From the NCBI GenBank assembly GCA_023250585.1, contig JAHFAK010000002.1:2514-60477 (forward strand): a DNA stretch of 57,964 nt, given 5' to 3'. The position numbers and the translations under genes were made by a program. The first letter of the stretch is position 1. Every line of letters begins with the position of its first letter. This DNA comes from Deltaproteobacteria bacterium. Lineage in GTDB: Bacteria > Bdellovibrionota_F > JAHFAK01. The notes beneath the pieces are model-generated. The model saw only the letters and a list, made by a program, of their open reading frames with translations, made no database searches and had not been told where the DNA came from. Shown here in pieces: positions 18,091-26,518 of this stretch.

Positions 18091-19119
18091 TTATCTTTCC
18101 TCATAATCGAACTTATCATCATTAAATGCTTCAAGGCTTTTTTCAATAAGCTGTGTGCGTTCAAAAGTTGCGATGTGAAATACTGCGTCTCCACGATTGA
18201 CAAGTGGGAGGAGAGTATATCCAATAATGAGGCCTTCTTTTTCGGCACGAATTTCAATGTTATTGTTTCCAAGCGGATCAGAAATAATTCCCAACAGTTC
18301 GCCCGGATGAACAATCGTTCCTAATTTTTTCTTAACGATGACAATGCCACTATGCGGTGATCGAATCCAAAAGTTTCCCTTCGCAACGATAGAGCGAACT
18401 TTTTTTTGTTTTTTTTCTTTATGTTCAATCATGCTGAGTGCATGCATGACTGATAAAACACCGTGCAGCCCGCTTTGAATAGCAACTTCGTCATAACGTA
18501 ATGATTCACCTGCTTCGTACACGAGGAGTGGCATCTTTTTTCCAAAAGCAACTTTTCGTAATGAGCCCTCGATAACTTGCGCATCTAATATAACGGGAAC
18601 ATTGAATGCACGTGCGATGTCGATTGTTTCTTTGTTGAATAAGCACGCGCGAATCTGAGGAAGATTTGTTCGATGATGTGAGCCTGAGTGAAGATCAATA
18701 CCGTGAGTACATTTATCGACAATTTCAGTAACAAAAAGATGTGCTAAACGGGAGCTTAATGACCCATGAATATTTCCGGGAAAGCAACGATTTAAATCAC
18801 GTCGATCTGGCATATAACGGGAGAGGGCGTTAAACCCAAAGGCATTCACTATCGGAACGAGAATAAGAGTTCCTTTAATGTTTTGTAGGGCTTTGTGTTG
18901 GGAAAGTCGTTTAATAACTTCAACGCCATTGACTTCATCGCCATGAACGGCAGCGCAAATAAACAGATATGGTCCTTCTGCTGTTCCTCGAATAACTTTA
19001 ACGGGCATATGAATTTCCGTAAAATCGTATTGCTTGGCAATAAAGAGAGCAACGTCCTTAACTTCACCGGGTTCAATTGTTACTCCGCCAATGATTAAAT
19101 TTTTTTCGGTTACTTTCAT
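18091..19119 (-). CDS. Succinylglutamate desuccinylase/aspartoacylase (AstE/AspA, M14-like) family protein
   Basis: AVHGDEVNG zinc-ligand motif. Its start overlaps the rimK stop, which is the usual RimK-associated arrangement. Confidence 0.75.
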   Translation of the reverse strand: MKVTEKNLIIGGVTIEPGEVKDVALFIAKQYDFTEIHMPVKVIRGTAEGPYLFICAAVHGDEVNGVEVIKRLSQHKALQNIKGTLILVPIVNAFGFNALSRYMPDRRDLNRCFPGNIHGSLSSRLAHLFVTEIVDKCTHGIDLHSGSHHRTNLPQIRACLFNKETIDIARAFNVPVILDAQVIEGSLRKVAFGKKMPLLVYEAGESLRYDEVAIQSGLHGVLSVMHALSMIEHKEKKQKKVRSIVAKGNFWIRSPHSGIVIVKKKLGTIVHPGELLGIISDPLGNNNIEIRAEKEGLIIGYTLLPLVNRGDAVFHIATFERTQLIEKSLEAFNDDKFDYEER

Positions 19120-20006
19120 TCTGTTTGTGGCCCTTGTTTTAGTTTTTCGAGAAATTGTACAAAATATTGTGCAACATTTACACCGGTTGCTCGCTCGATG
19201 CCTTCAAGACCTGGAGATGAATTTACTTCGATAATTTGAGGACCCGTGGCAGTTTCGAGCATATCCACTCCCGCGACATTGAGACCAAGAATATGTGTGG
19301 CTTTTATCGCAGTTTCACTATAGATCTCTTTTAAATTAATTTTTTGTACCGCTCCACCTCGATGAACATTACTTCGAAATTCATCACCTTGGGCGGTTCG
19401 TCTCATCGATGCAACAACGGTATTTCCAACAACAATCGCGCGTATATCACGCCCTTTACTTTCTTTTACAAATTTTTGGATAAGTACATTTTGTTTGGAA
19501 ACATGCAGGGTCTCAATAATTGATTCCGCAACTTTGTTGGTTTCAGCTAAAATGACTCCTTTGCCTTGCGTTCCTTCAAGAAGCTTGATAATAACAGGAG
19601 CTCCGCCAATCTCTTTTATTGCCGGAAGTACAAGGGCACTATCTTTTACAAATATGGTTTGAGGAATTCCAATATTGTGACGAGCAAGCAGTTGAATAGA
19701 GGAAAGCTTATCACGAGCCGTTATGATTCCCAGTGCTGAATTGAGACAATGTTTCCCCATTTGCTCAAATTGGCGCACGACTGCAGTTCCAAAGAAAGTA
19801 ATAGAGGCGCCAATGCGGGGAATAACTGCATCTACTTTGCCTAATTTTTTGTTTTTATAGAGAAGCTCCGGTTTTCCCTGTTTAACATTAATCGATAATT
19901 CTAAAGGATTAATGATTCGCACATCATGGCCAGATTCTTTGCATGCTTCCTGTAATCGCTTCGTGCTGTAGAGTTTGGGTCCTCGTGAGAGAATGAGTAT
20001 TTTCAT
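19116..20006 (-). CDS. rimK: RimK-family ATP-grasp alpha-L-glutamate ligase
   Basis: N-terminus MKILILSRGPKLYSTKRLQEA closely parallels E. coli RimK. ATP-grasp body. 296 aa. Confidence 0.85.
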   Translation of the reverse strand: MKILILSRGPKLYSTKRLQEACKESGHDVRIINPLELSINVKQGKPELLYKNKKLGKVDAVIPRIGASITFFGTAVVRQFEQMGKHCLNSALGIITARDKLSSIQLLARHNIGIPQTIFVKDSALVLPAIKEIGGAPVIIKLLEGTQGKGVILAETNKVAESIIETLHVSKQNVLIQKFVKESKGRDIRAIVVGNTVVASMRRTAQGDEFRSNVHRGGAVQKINLKEIYSETAIKATHILGLNVAGVDMLETATGPQIIEVNSSPGLEGIERATGVNVAQYFVQFLEKLKQGPQTE

Positions 20007-20440
20007 AAACTTGCCTTTGTCTTTTTATTTAACAGGAATGATCGGGATACATCAACTAAGAAAAGGTCGTCAAGCGCATTTCTTCCTAAAAGCATACGAA
20101 AATTCATTCCTTCACGATTTACAAGATTTATAATAATATCTCGCTCAATTGGACCAATTTTTAACTTGGTTTTGACATACCATCGTTTTGTTTTTGTACC
20201 GGTACTTGATTTAACATGCCCCACTTTAAGTCTTTCGGTGATCACCTTTTTTTTGTAGATAAGATTTCTTTTTCGTAAGATTACATAAAAGCGAATACGA
20301 TTACGTGTCAATAGAGTCACATCTTCAACATGCAGCGAACTTGTTTGAGCACCTGTATCAATTTTTGCTCGTAGCTTATGAATGTCCCATTCTGGAAAAT
20401 CGACATATTCTCGCCAACCAATACTATGCTTTGTTTGCAT
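20003..20440 (-). CDS. RimK-associated retropepsin-like protease (PF05618-type, annotated 'ATP-dependent zinc protease')
   Basis: IGWREYVDFPEW...AKIDTGAQTSSLH with a DTGA motif. I chose the ATG at 20440 (MQTKHS). The longer ORF extension to 20566 has no support. Confidence 0.7.
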   Translation of the reverse strand: MQTKHSIGWREYVDFPEWDIHKLRAKIDTGAQTSSLHVEDVTLLTRNRIRFYVILRKRNLIYKKKVITERLKVGHVKSSTGTKTKRWYVKTKLKIGPIERDIIINLVNREGMNFRMLLGRNALDDLFLVDVSRSFLLNKKTKASL

Positions 20441-20462
20441 TATTGATAGTATATCACAGAAA

Positions 20463-20509
20463 AAGGTGTGACACAACTTCCGGTCCATATGGGTATAGGC
20501 ATTTGGTTG
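20463..20509 (+). repeat. Intergenic repeat (AAGGTGTGAC...CCGGTCC...GGGTATAGGCAT), copy 1
   Basis: About 47 nt, matching 43892-43938 at most positions. It sits in a divergent promoter region. Confidence 0.7.
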
Positions 20510-20623
20510 GAGCCAAAAGGAGCCCGGCAACTTTCGGTCGAGAAAATGACCAAAAAGTACATGCACCTTTTAGTCAATTTTTTGACCTGGAGTTGCCAGC
20601 CTCCTTCTGGTATTTTTAAAACT

Positions 20624-21430
20624 ATGAAATTACTATCTAAAATAATTATTGTATCTTTATTAATTGCTGCAAGTTCGGAGATAAAAGCTCTTGCTCTTTC
20701 TTTTTCCGAGTTTCAGTCATTATTCCAGACAATAAAACAGTATGGATCTAATAAAAAGCTGCCAGAAATTACACAAGATGCATATGAAAAGATCTTTAAG
20801 GGAAATGCTATAGTTAGAGTAGGAAAGGCAGATGCTGATAACAAATTTGCTTTCGTTGTAAAACATGCTGACGTTTCAATACAAAAATTGTGGGCTGTAA
20901 TTATCGATCGTGCTCATTATCACATATTTACTAAAGAAATTACCGAATCACGCATTCTCGACAAAATGAACGATCATTTTTTGACGTATATTTTTATTGA
21001 TGCGCCTTTTCCCATAAGTGATCGACAGCAGCTTCTTGACTGTTTTGCCAATAAAGAACTGTTCAATCATTCCAACAAAAAAATGTGGGAACATTACTGG
21101 AAAATTACTGAAGGACAGGAAAAAATTCTAGCTCGATATAATAAAAATCCAAAGAAAGCTCAGTTGGTACAAAAAAATAATGGTCAATGGATACTTGTGG
21201 ATTATGGCGCACATAAAACACTCGTTATTGCGTATTCAATTAATAATCCCGGTGGAAGCGTCCCTCAATCCGTTGTAGGTTTAGTCGCTGGAGATAAGCT
21301 TGAGAGCGCGGTAAATACAATGATTTCATGGGCCCAAAAGAAATTTACATCCCATTTTACCAAAGATCATGAGAAAATTCTTGCTCCTGATGAAACATAT
21401 AAAAGCGCTACAGAACTTTTAGGCTATTGA
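20624..21430 (+). CDS. Secreted hypothetical protein (possibly a START/SRPBCC-like fold)
   Basis: The ATG at 20624 gives signal peptide MKLLSKIIIVSLLIAASSEIKA. The fold suggestion is only an impression from the sequence pattern. Confidence 0.5.
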   Translation: MKLLSKIIIVSLLIAASSEIKALALSFSEFQSLFQTIKQYGSNKKLPEITQDAYEKIFKGNAIVRVGKADADNKFAFVVKHADVSIQKLWAVIIDRAHYHIFTKEITESRILDKMNDHFLTYIFIDAPFPISDRQQLLDCFANKELFNHSNKKMWEHYWKITEGQEKILARYNKNPKKAQLVQKNNGQWILVDYGAHKTLVIAYSINNPGGSVPQSVVGLVAGDKLESAVNTMISWAQKKFTSHFTKDHEKILAPDETYKSATELLGY

Positions 21431-22619
21431 TAAATTCGTGCATATTCTTTAAATGAATAAACCTATCGTTTGCCTCTTCTGCACATGTTTTTTTTGTCTC
21501 AAGAAATTTTTCGAGAGGACTAAGATAAAATGCTTCTGAAGTCGAAAGTTCTTTTTTTGCAAAATCCACTATTTCTTGCGCGCTCATTTTTTTTTCTATT
21601 TTTTTGTTGTTGTAGACAAGTCCTTTTATTAGAGCTCCAATTGCAAGGACAACGTCAGGTTTATTGCAATCAAAAAGACGGATTTCTAAAGTTTTAAAAT
21701 TGAATCGCAAATGCGGATAAAGCATATTGAGATGTAACTTCCAGTCGTCAATAGTTGCCGTATATCCACTGTAGCCTTTATCAATAAATTCTTCAAAAGA
21801 TAGGCGATGAGTGATTTCTATAAAACGACTATTTTTATAGAGAAGGATCATCGGTATTTTTAGGGCAGCATCAATGTAATCTTGGAATGAATTTAGCGGA
21901 GCATTGTGATGTAAGGATATTCCACACCGCTCAGGATCGGTATTCTGCCATATGGTTTCACGAAAGTTCAATGTGTTCTGAATTGTACCGGTATAGATTG
22001 ATGAATTTGCAAACATATGCATGAGTGGCTGAGAGAGATTGAGGATCATATTATGTTTTCGGAGGGCATCTTCTTCAGAATTATAATCAATATTAACCTG
22101 TATTGCGGCGGATTGTTTCATCATCATATGTCCCATCGAACCTTTGGGAGCTAAATACTTTTGCATGATGCGATAGCGATCTTTTGGCATCCATGGAACA
22201 TCGGCGAGAGCATTCAGTGGATCAACACCACATGCAATAAATACAATGGAATATGTATCTTCTATTTCTTTAAGAATACCAACATATGTATCTAATGCTT
22301 TTTTAATTTCTTTAATGGTCTTATACGGCGCAAATGATGCTTCTAGTTGTCCGCCCGGCTCAAGTGTCATATAGAAATCATCTCGTGAAGCGCCAATGAG
22401 AAGATGTTCTTCATATTTTGGCTCAAAACCTAAGCTAACAAAATATTCAAGAATATTTTTAATTCCAGGTTTTGAATCATAGTCTAAACGTTTGAGTGTT
22501 TTTTTATCTAAACAAATAATTTCATATTCAATGCCAATTTTATTTTCCGAGGGCGGCACAATGGAATTATGAAAATGTTTTTGTAGATCAGTATAGATTA
22601 GTTTTGTTTCTTGTCTCAT
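21408..22619 (-). CDS. Glutamate-cysteine ligase family protein (GCS2/plant-type-like carboxylate-amine ligase)
   Basis: 403 aa. The N-terminal IGIEYEI acidic motif and overall pattern resemble gamma-glutamylcysteine ligase family 2. The substrate is not determinable. Confidence 0.5.
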   Translation of the reverse strand: MRQETKLIYTDLQKHFHNSIVPPSENKIGIEYEIICLDKKTLKRLDYDSKPGIKNILEYFVSLGFEPKYEEHLLIGASRDDFYMTLEPGGQLEASFAPYKTIKEIKKALDTYVGILKEIEDTYSIVFIACGVDPLNALADVPWMPKDRYRIMQKYLAPKGSMGHMMMKQSAAIQVNIDYNSEEDALRKHNMILNLSQPLMHMFANSSIYTGTIQNTLNFRETIWQNTDPERCGISLHHNAPLNSFQDYIDAALKIPMILLYKNSRFIEITHRLSFEEFIDKGYSGYTATIDDWKLHLNMLYPHLRFNFKTLEIRLFDCNKPDVVLAIGALIKGLVYNNKKIEKKMSAQEIVDFAKKELSTSEAFYLSPLEKFLETKKTCAEEANDRFIHLKNMHEFINSLKVL

Positions 22620-23401
22620 AAAAGCTTGTGGGTAATATTTTTGTTTGGTGTAACTTCTTCTCTTTTTTGACCTTTGCGAAAGATTACTGCAGGTTCATTG
22701 AGTGGAGACTCATATGAGATGTGATTTTTTTTTATTATGAGTACACTTCCTTCGGGAATTCCAATGACATCTAAATTGTTGTCTGTTTCTTGATGATATT
22801 CTTTAATTCGCTGTTCACGTGTTTCTCCCAGGTGTTCAATTAAGCGTTTTCCTAAACGTCGATATGTTCTACCTCCAAAGTAATGGGGATTAATTTGAAA
22901 AGGGAGTAACGAAAGCGCATCAAGTTTTTTGGGAGTAACAATGGGCCAATCATTGGTTGTCCTAATCGTTGGTGCGGCGATGTTTGATCCAGCGCTGATG
23001 CCTATATAAGGAATCCCTGCAGCAACTCGCTCTTGAATAATTTTTATGAGATTATTTTTATACAACTGATGTAAGAGCTTAAAAGTATTTCCTCCATTGA
23101 CATAAATTACCTCTGCAGTTTTGAGTACTTCTTGTTGATTACGAGATTCATGAATACTCTCTAATTTTCTTCCCGAAAATATGTCATTGTTTTCAAACCA
23201 TGAATATGCAGAAAGCCGATCAGCTGGATCAAGCGCATAAAAGATCATGGCAACTTTTTTTACGTTACTCCTGAGAAAGGCATTAATTTGTTTTCTGAGG
23301 TAATCGTTATGACCTTTAAATCCTCCACTTCCCAAAAGTAGAGATGCATGAGGAGATATAATCTTTTTGTGTATTTTAGAATTGCTCAAGCGCTTTTTCA
23401 T
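22616..23401 (-). CDS. pepE: Dipeptidase E (peptidase S51, alpha-aspartyl dipeptidase)
   Basis: GGNTFKLL, GISAGSNIAAPTIRTTNDWPIV, FQINPHY and GETREQRI align block for block with E. coli PepE. Confidence 0.85.
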   Translation of the reverse strand: MKKRLSNSKIHKKIISPHASLLLGSGGFKGHNDYLRKQINAFLRSNVKKVAMIFYALDPADRLSAYSWFENNDIFSGRKLESIHESRNQQEVLKTAEVIYVNGGNTFKLLHQLYKNNLIKIIQERVAAGIPYIGISAGSNIAAPTIRTTNDWPIVTPKKLDALSLLPFQINPHYFGGRTYRRLGKRLIEHLGETREQRIKEYHQETDNNLDVIGIPEGSVLIIKKNHISYESPLNEPAVIFRKGQKREEVTPNKNITHKLL

Positions 23402-24605
23402 TTTTGAAAACCTGTATAGTTTGGGTGAATTTTTCTTTTTCAGCGGTATTTAATTTCAAGCGAGTTTCTAGTTCTTTTTCAGAAGCAACAAAGCCCGGGG
23501 ATTTTTTATATAATGTCGGTTGAATCAGCCACTTTTCTTTATCTGAATTTTTGATGAGTTCAGCTGTCGCTGCTTGATAATCTTTCTTTTCAAGTCGTGC
23601 AATCCAAAGTCGATTTTCTGCCCATTCAAGCATTTGATGGTCGTTGGGACTATCGCCTGCGATAAAAAATGGATGCTCGTGAGTGATATGCTTGAAAATC
23701 ATTGCTACTTTTCCTTCATAGGCAGGAAGTGGGTATGAGAGCTCATATAAAAGTTCATACTGTTGTAATTCAGAAATTTCCAAATTGCGATATGCTTTAT
23801 TTTCTTTTACTAATGATTCATCTTTGTACAGTTTTCCATCTCGCTTATCTTTGAGTAATGTGCTCACCCCCAGGACATGATCGGGAGCTATCGTTGTATT
23901 TTTTCCATATTTTTTTTGTAAAAGTTGATTGAGCTCTTTCGTGACTAAATAGCGCACACTCCAGACATTGCTTGCTGTAATAACATACACATTAAATCCA
24001 TTCGAGATCATTGTTCCTGCAAGATCAATCATTTCAGGATAAAAGAAGGGAAGGCGATAGCCATTCACCATTGTTTCACCAAGGGATGAATCTTCTCGAT
24101 CCTTTGCTCCTGTACCTTCTTTATATGCTTTTTTTGTTGCGGAAATAACATCTTGCGGTGTTAACCCAGCCATAATTTGTACAATCCATGCATAGGCATT
24201 TGAATAAGGGGTTTTTTCATCTTTAATATGTTTTGTCGCTTCAAGAAAGTCTTCATAGTAAGCAGTTACATTCGGTGAAGTCGCAAGACTTACATGTCGG
24301 GTATCTATTGTAAAATCTGGTGCCCATTGAGCATAGGGACTATTTTTATGTATAGTATTCTCAATGGCAAGCGTCGCAAATGTTGCTTCCCCGATATCTC
24401 GAGAAACCATCGTATTATCAAAATCAAAGATCACAATTTTTGATTTATTTTTGTTTTCTTGAATAAGGTTTTCAAGTCGAGATTTAATTGTTGGCATCCA
24501 GTTACCTTGAGGTAATGTAACTTTAGCATCAGAAGTCGTCACAATAGTAAGAAACATACATGAAAAAACAGTAATTACATCAGTACTAAAAAATTTTGAT
24601 AACAT
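23376..24605 (-). CDS. Secreted HAD-superfamily (HAD-IB-like) hydrolase
   Basis: Motif I DFDNT and motif IV GDSPND. The ATG at 24605 is preceded by GGAGG. N-terminal signal-like segment. Confidence 0.65.
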   Translation of the reverse strand: MLSKFFSTDVITVFSCMFLTIVTTSDAKVTLPQGNWMPTIKSRLENLIQENKNKSKIVIFDFDNTMVSRDIGEATFATLAIENTIHKNSPYAQWAPDFTIDTRHVSLATSPNVTAYYEDFLEATKHIKDEKTPYSNAYAWIVQIMAGLTPQDVISATKKAYKEGTGAKDREDSSLGETMVNGYRLPFFYPEMIDLAGTMISNGFNVYVITASNVWSVRYLVTKELNQLLQKKYGKNTTIAPDHVLGVSTLLKDKRDGKLYKDESLVKENKAYRNLEISELQQYELLYELSYPLPAYEGKVAMIFKHITHEHPFFIAGDSPNDHQMLEWAENRLWIARLEKKDYQAATAELIKNSDKEKWLIQPTLYKKSPGFVASEKELETRLKLNTAEKEKFTQTIQVFKNEKALEQF

Positions 24606-24616
24606 ATCGGCCTCCA

Positions 24617-26518
24617 TTATTCTTTATCACCAATCCATATAATTCCGTCTTCCATCCATTTCATCTCTCCATCAAGAATACTCTTCGCAATTTTATTTGC
24701 TTTCTTTGTGCTATTACAACACAGAGCTCTGAAATGATCGTTGATTGAGAGACGCGTTTCACGACAGAAAAGATCCGCAAGTTCTCTAGGAGACGTATCT
24801 GCAGGATTTTTCTTAGAAAGCATGTGAGCGTAACTAATTGAAGCAGTCATGGCAAAGAGCTCAACGGCTACTTCAATGAGGTGTCCTAAGCGAACTTGTT
24901 TTTTTTCTAATCGTGCCTGATAGAGCATCATACTGTGAAATAAACTCCGTGCGAGTTTTTGAGTTTTACGTTCTATAAAGCGTAGATGACAGGACAAAAA
25001 ATTACCATGAGATAATGAAAAAAATGATTGTATTGTTTTCCACCAAAGCATGGGATACCAACGAATATAGAACCCCAACATTCTTAAAAGTGCTTTACAT
25101 TTTTTGGAAAGGCTACTTCGTTTATCAAGTAAGTCTCCTGCGACTTTGAGATGGGGATCAAGAGCTTCGCGAGCTAAGAATAGTTTAAGTATTTCTGAAG
25201 TTCCTTCGATAATCGTATTAATCCGAGCATCGCGCATCATGCGTTCAACAGGGTAGGGGTGCTCTCCTCGAGCTTTTAATGATGATGCTTTTTCATAGCC
25301 TCGACCACCGCATAATTGCATAGTTTGATCGATGATTTTCCAGGCGGTTTCACTTGCAAAAAGTTTTGTCATGGCGGATTCCATACGAATATCGACATCG
25401 CCTTTATCAACAAAGTATGAAGAAATCATAGTCATTGCTTCCATGGCAAATGTTCGTGATGCTATATAGGAAATTTTCTTTCGGCCTTCTTCATGAAGTC
25501 CAATAGGCTGACCCCATTGGACACGGGATTTTCCAAAACGTCGTGCAATGGAAAGACACTGTTTTGCCAAACCAACACTTGCGGCAGGCAACGTCATTCG
25601 TCCTGCATTAAGTGTAGTGAGTGCAAGTTTTAATCCACGGCCTTCGCCATATAAGATGTTTTCTCGTGGAACTTTGACATTGGTAAAACTCATCAGCGCA
25701 TTCTGCATCCCGCCGAGGCCCATAAATTCACAGCGATGCTCCATTTTAATGCCTGGCGTATCGCGCTCAACAATAAAAGCAGTAATTTGTTTTTTTTCTT
25801 TACCGTTCGTATACTTCGGTGGAGTTTTAGCCATTACGACCAATAGCTTTGCAATGGGGCCATTGGTGCACCAGAGTTTTTTGCCATTGATAATAAAGCT
25901 TTTACCATCTTCAGTGGGGATTGCTTCGGTTGTCATATTTGCAGGATCTGATCCAACAAGTGGTTCAGTAAGCGCAAAAGCTGAAATTGTATCTTTTGTA
26001 AACCATGGAAAATATTTTTTCTTTTGAGCTTCCGTCCCAAATAATTTTAATGGCTGGGGAACTCCAATGGATTGATGAGCAGAAACCATGACAGCAGTAC
26101 CTCCGCAATATGAAGCAAGCATCATCATGACACGATTGTAATTTACTTGCGAAAAACCAAGCCCGCCATATTCTTTTGGTACTTTCATCGCAAAAACACC
26201 CAGGGTAAAAAAATCATCAATAATTTTTTGCGGAATTGTACGCGTGCGATCCACTTCTTCGGGATCGAGATTTTGTTCTAAATACGTTTTTAATTTTTTA
26301 ATGTACTCATCGCCAATTTTTTTTTCTTCCAGTGATTGAGTAGGAAATGGAAAGATAAGATCACGATCAAATATGCCCATAAAGAGCTGACTTCCAAAAC
26401 TTTTGTATGTCCATTCTTTTTCACGGGCAGCTTCGGTTATTTCAAGTGCTTCTCGTTGTCCCGCTGACATTTTTGAAGTATCAAAATTTATGTCGTGGTC
26501 ATGATGTTCAGTACTCAT
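24617..26518 (-). CDS. Long acyl-CoA dehydrogenase with a C-terminal extension
   Basis: ACAD core (AFALTEP..GSD, ..GGRGY..) plus a ~200-aa C-terminal helical domain. Sits in the operon with fadB, fadA and fadD. Confidence 0.8.
   Translation of the reverse strand: MSTEHHDHDINFDTSKMSAGQREALEITEAAREKEWTYKSFGSQLFMGIFDRDLIFPFPTQSLEEKKIGDEYIKKLKTYLEQNLDPEEVDRTRTIPQKIIDDFFTLGVFAMKVPKEYGGLGFSQVNYNRVMMMLASYCGGTAVMVSAHQSIGVPQPLKLFGTEAQKKKYFPWFTKDTISAFALTEPLVGSDPANMTTEAIPTEDGKSFIINGKKLWCTNGPIAKLLVVMAKTPPKYTNGKEKKQITAFIVERDTPGIKMEHRCEFMGLGGMQNALMSFTNVKVPRENILYGEGRGLKLALTTLNAGRMTLPAASVGLAKQCLSIARRFGKSRVQWGQPIGLHEEGRKKISYIASRTFAMEAMTMISSYFVDKGDVDIRMESAMTKLFASETAWKIIDQTMQLCGGRGYEKASSLKARGEHPYPVERMMRDARINTIIEGTSEILKLFLAREALDPHLKVAGDLLDKRSSLSKKCKALLRMLGFYIRWYPMLWWKTIQSFFSLSHGNFLSCHLRFIERKTQKLARSLFHSMMLYQARLEKKQVRLGHLIEVAVELFAMTASISYAHMLSKKNPADTSPRELADLFCRETRLSINDHFRALCCNSTKKANKIAKSILDGEMKWMEDGIIWIGDKE

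Noticed and set aside
20441-20623. Long N-terminal extensions of the protease ORF (to 20566) and of the 20468 plus-strand ORF
   Set aside because: The two extensions overlap each other on opposite strands and cover the intergenic repeat. The downstream ATGs give a family-typical length (protease) and a clean signal peptide (20624).
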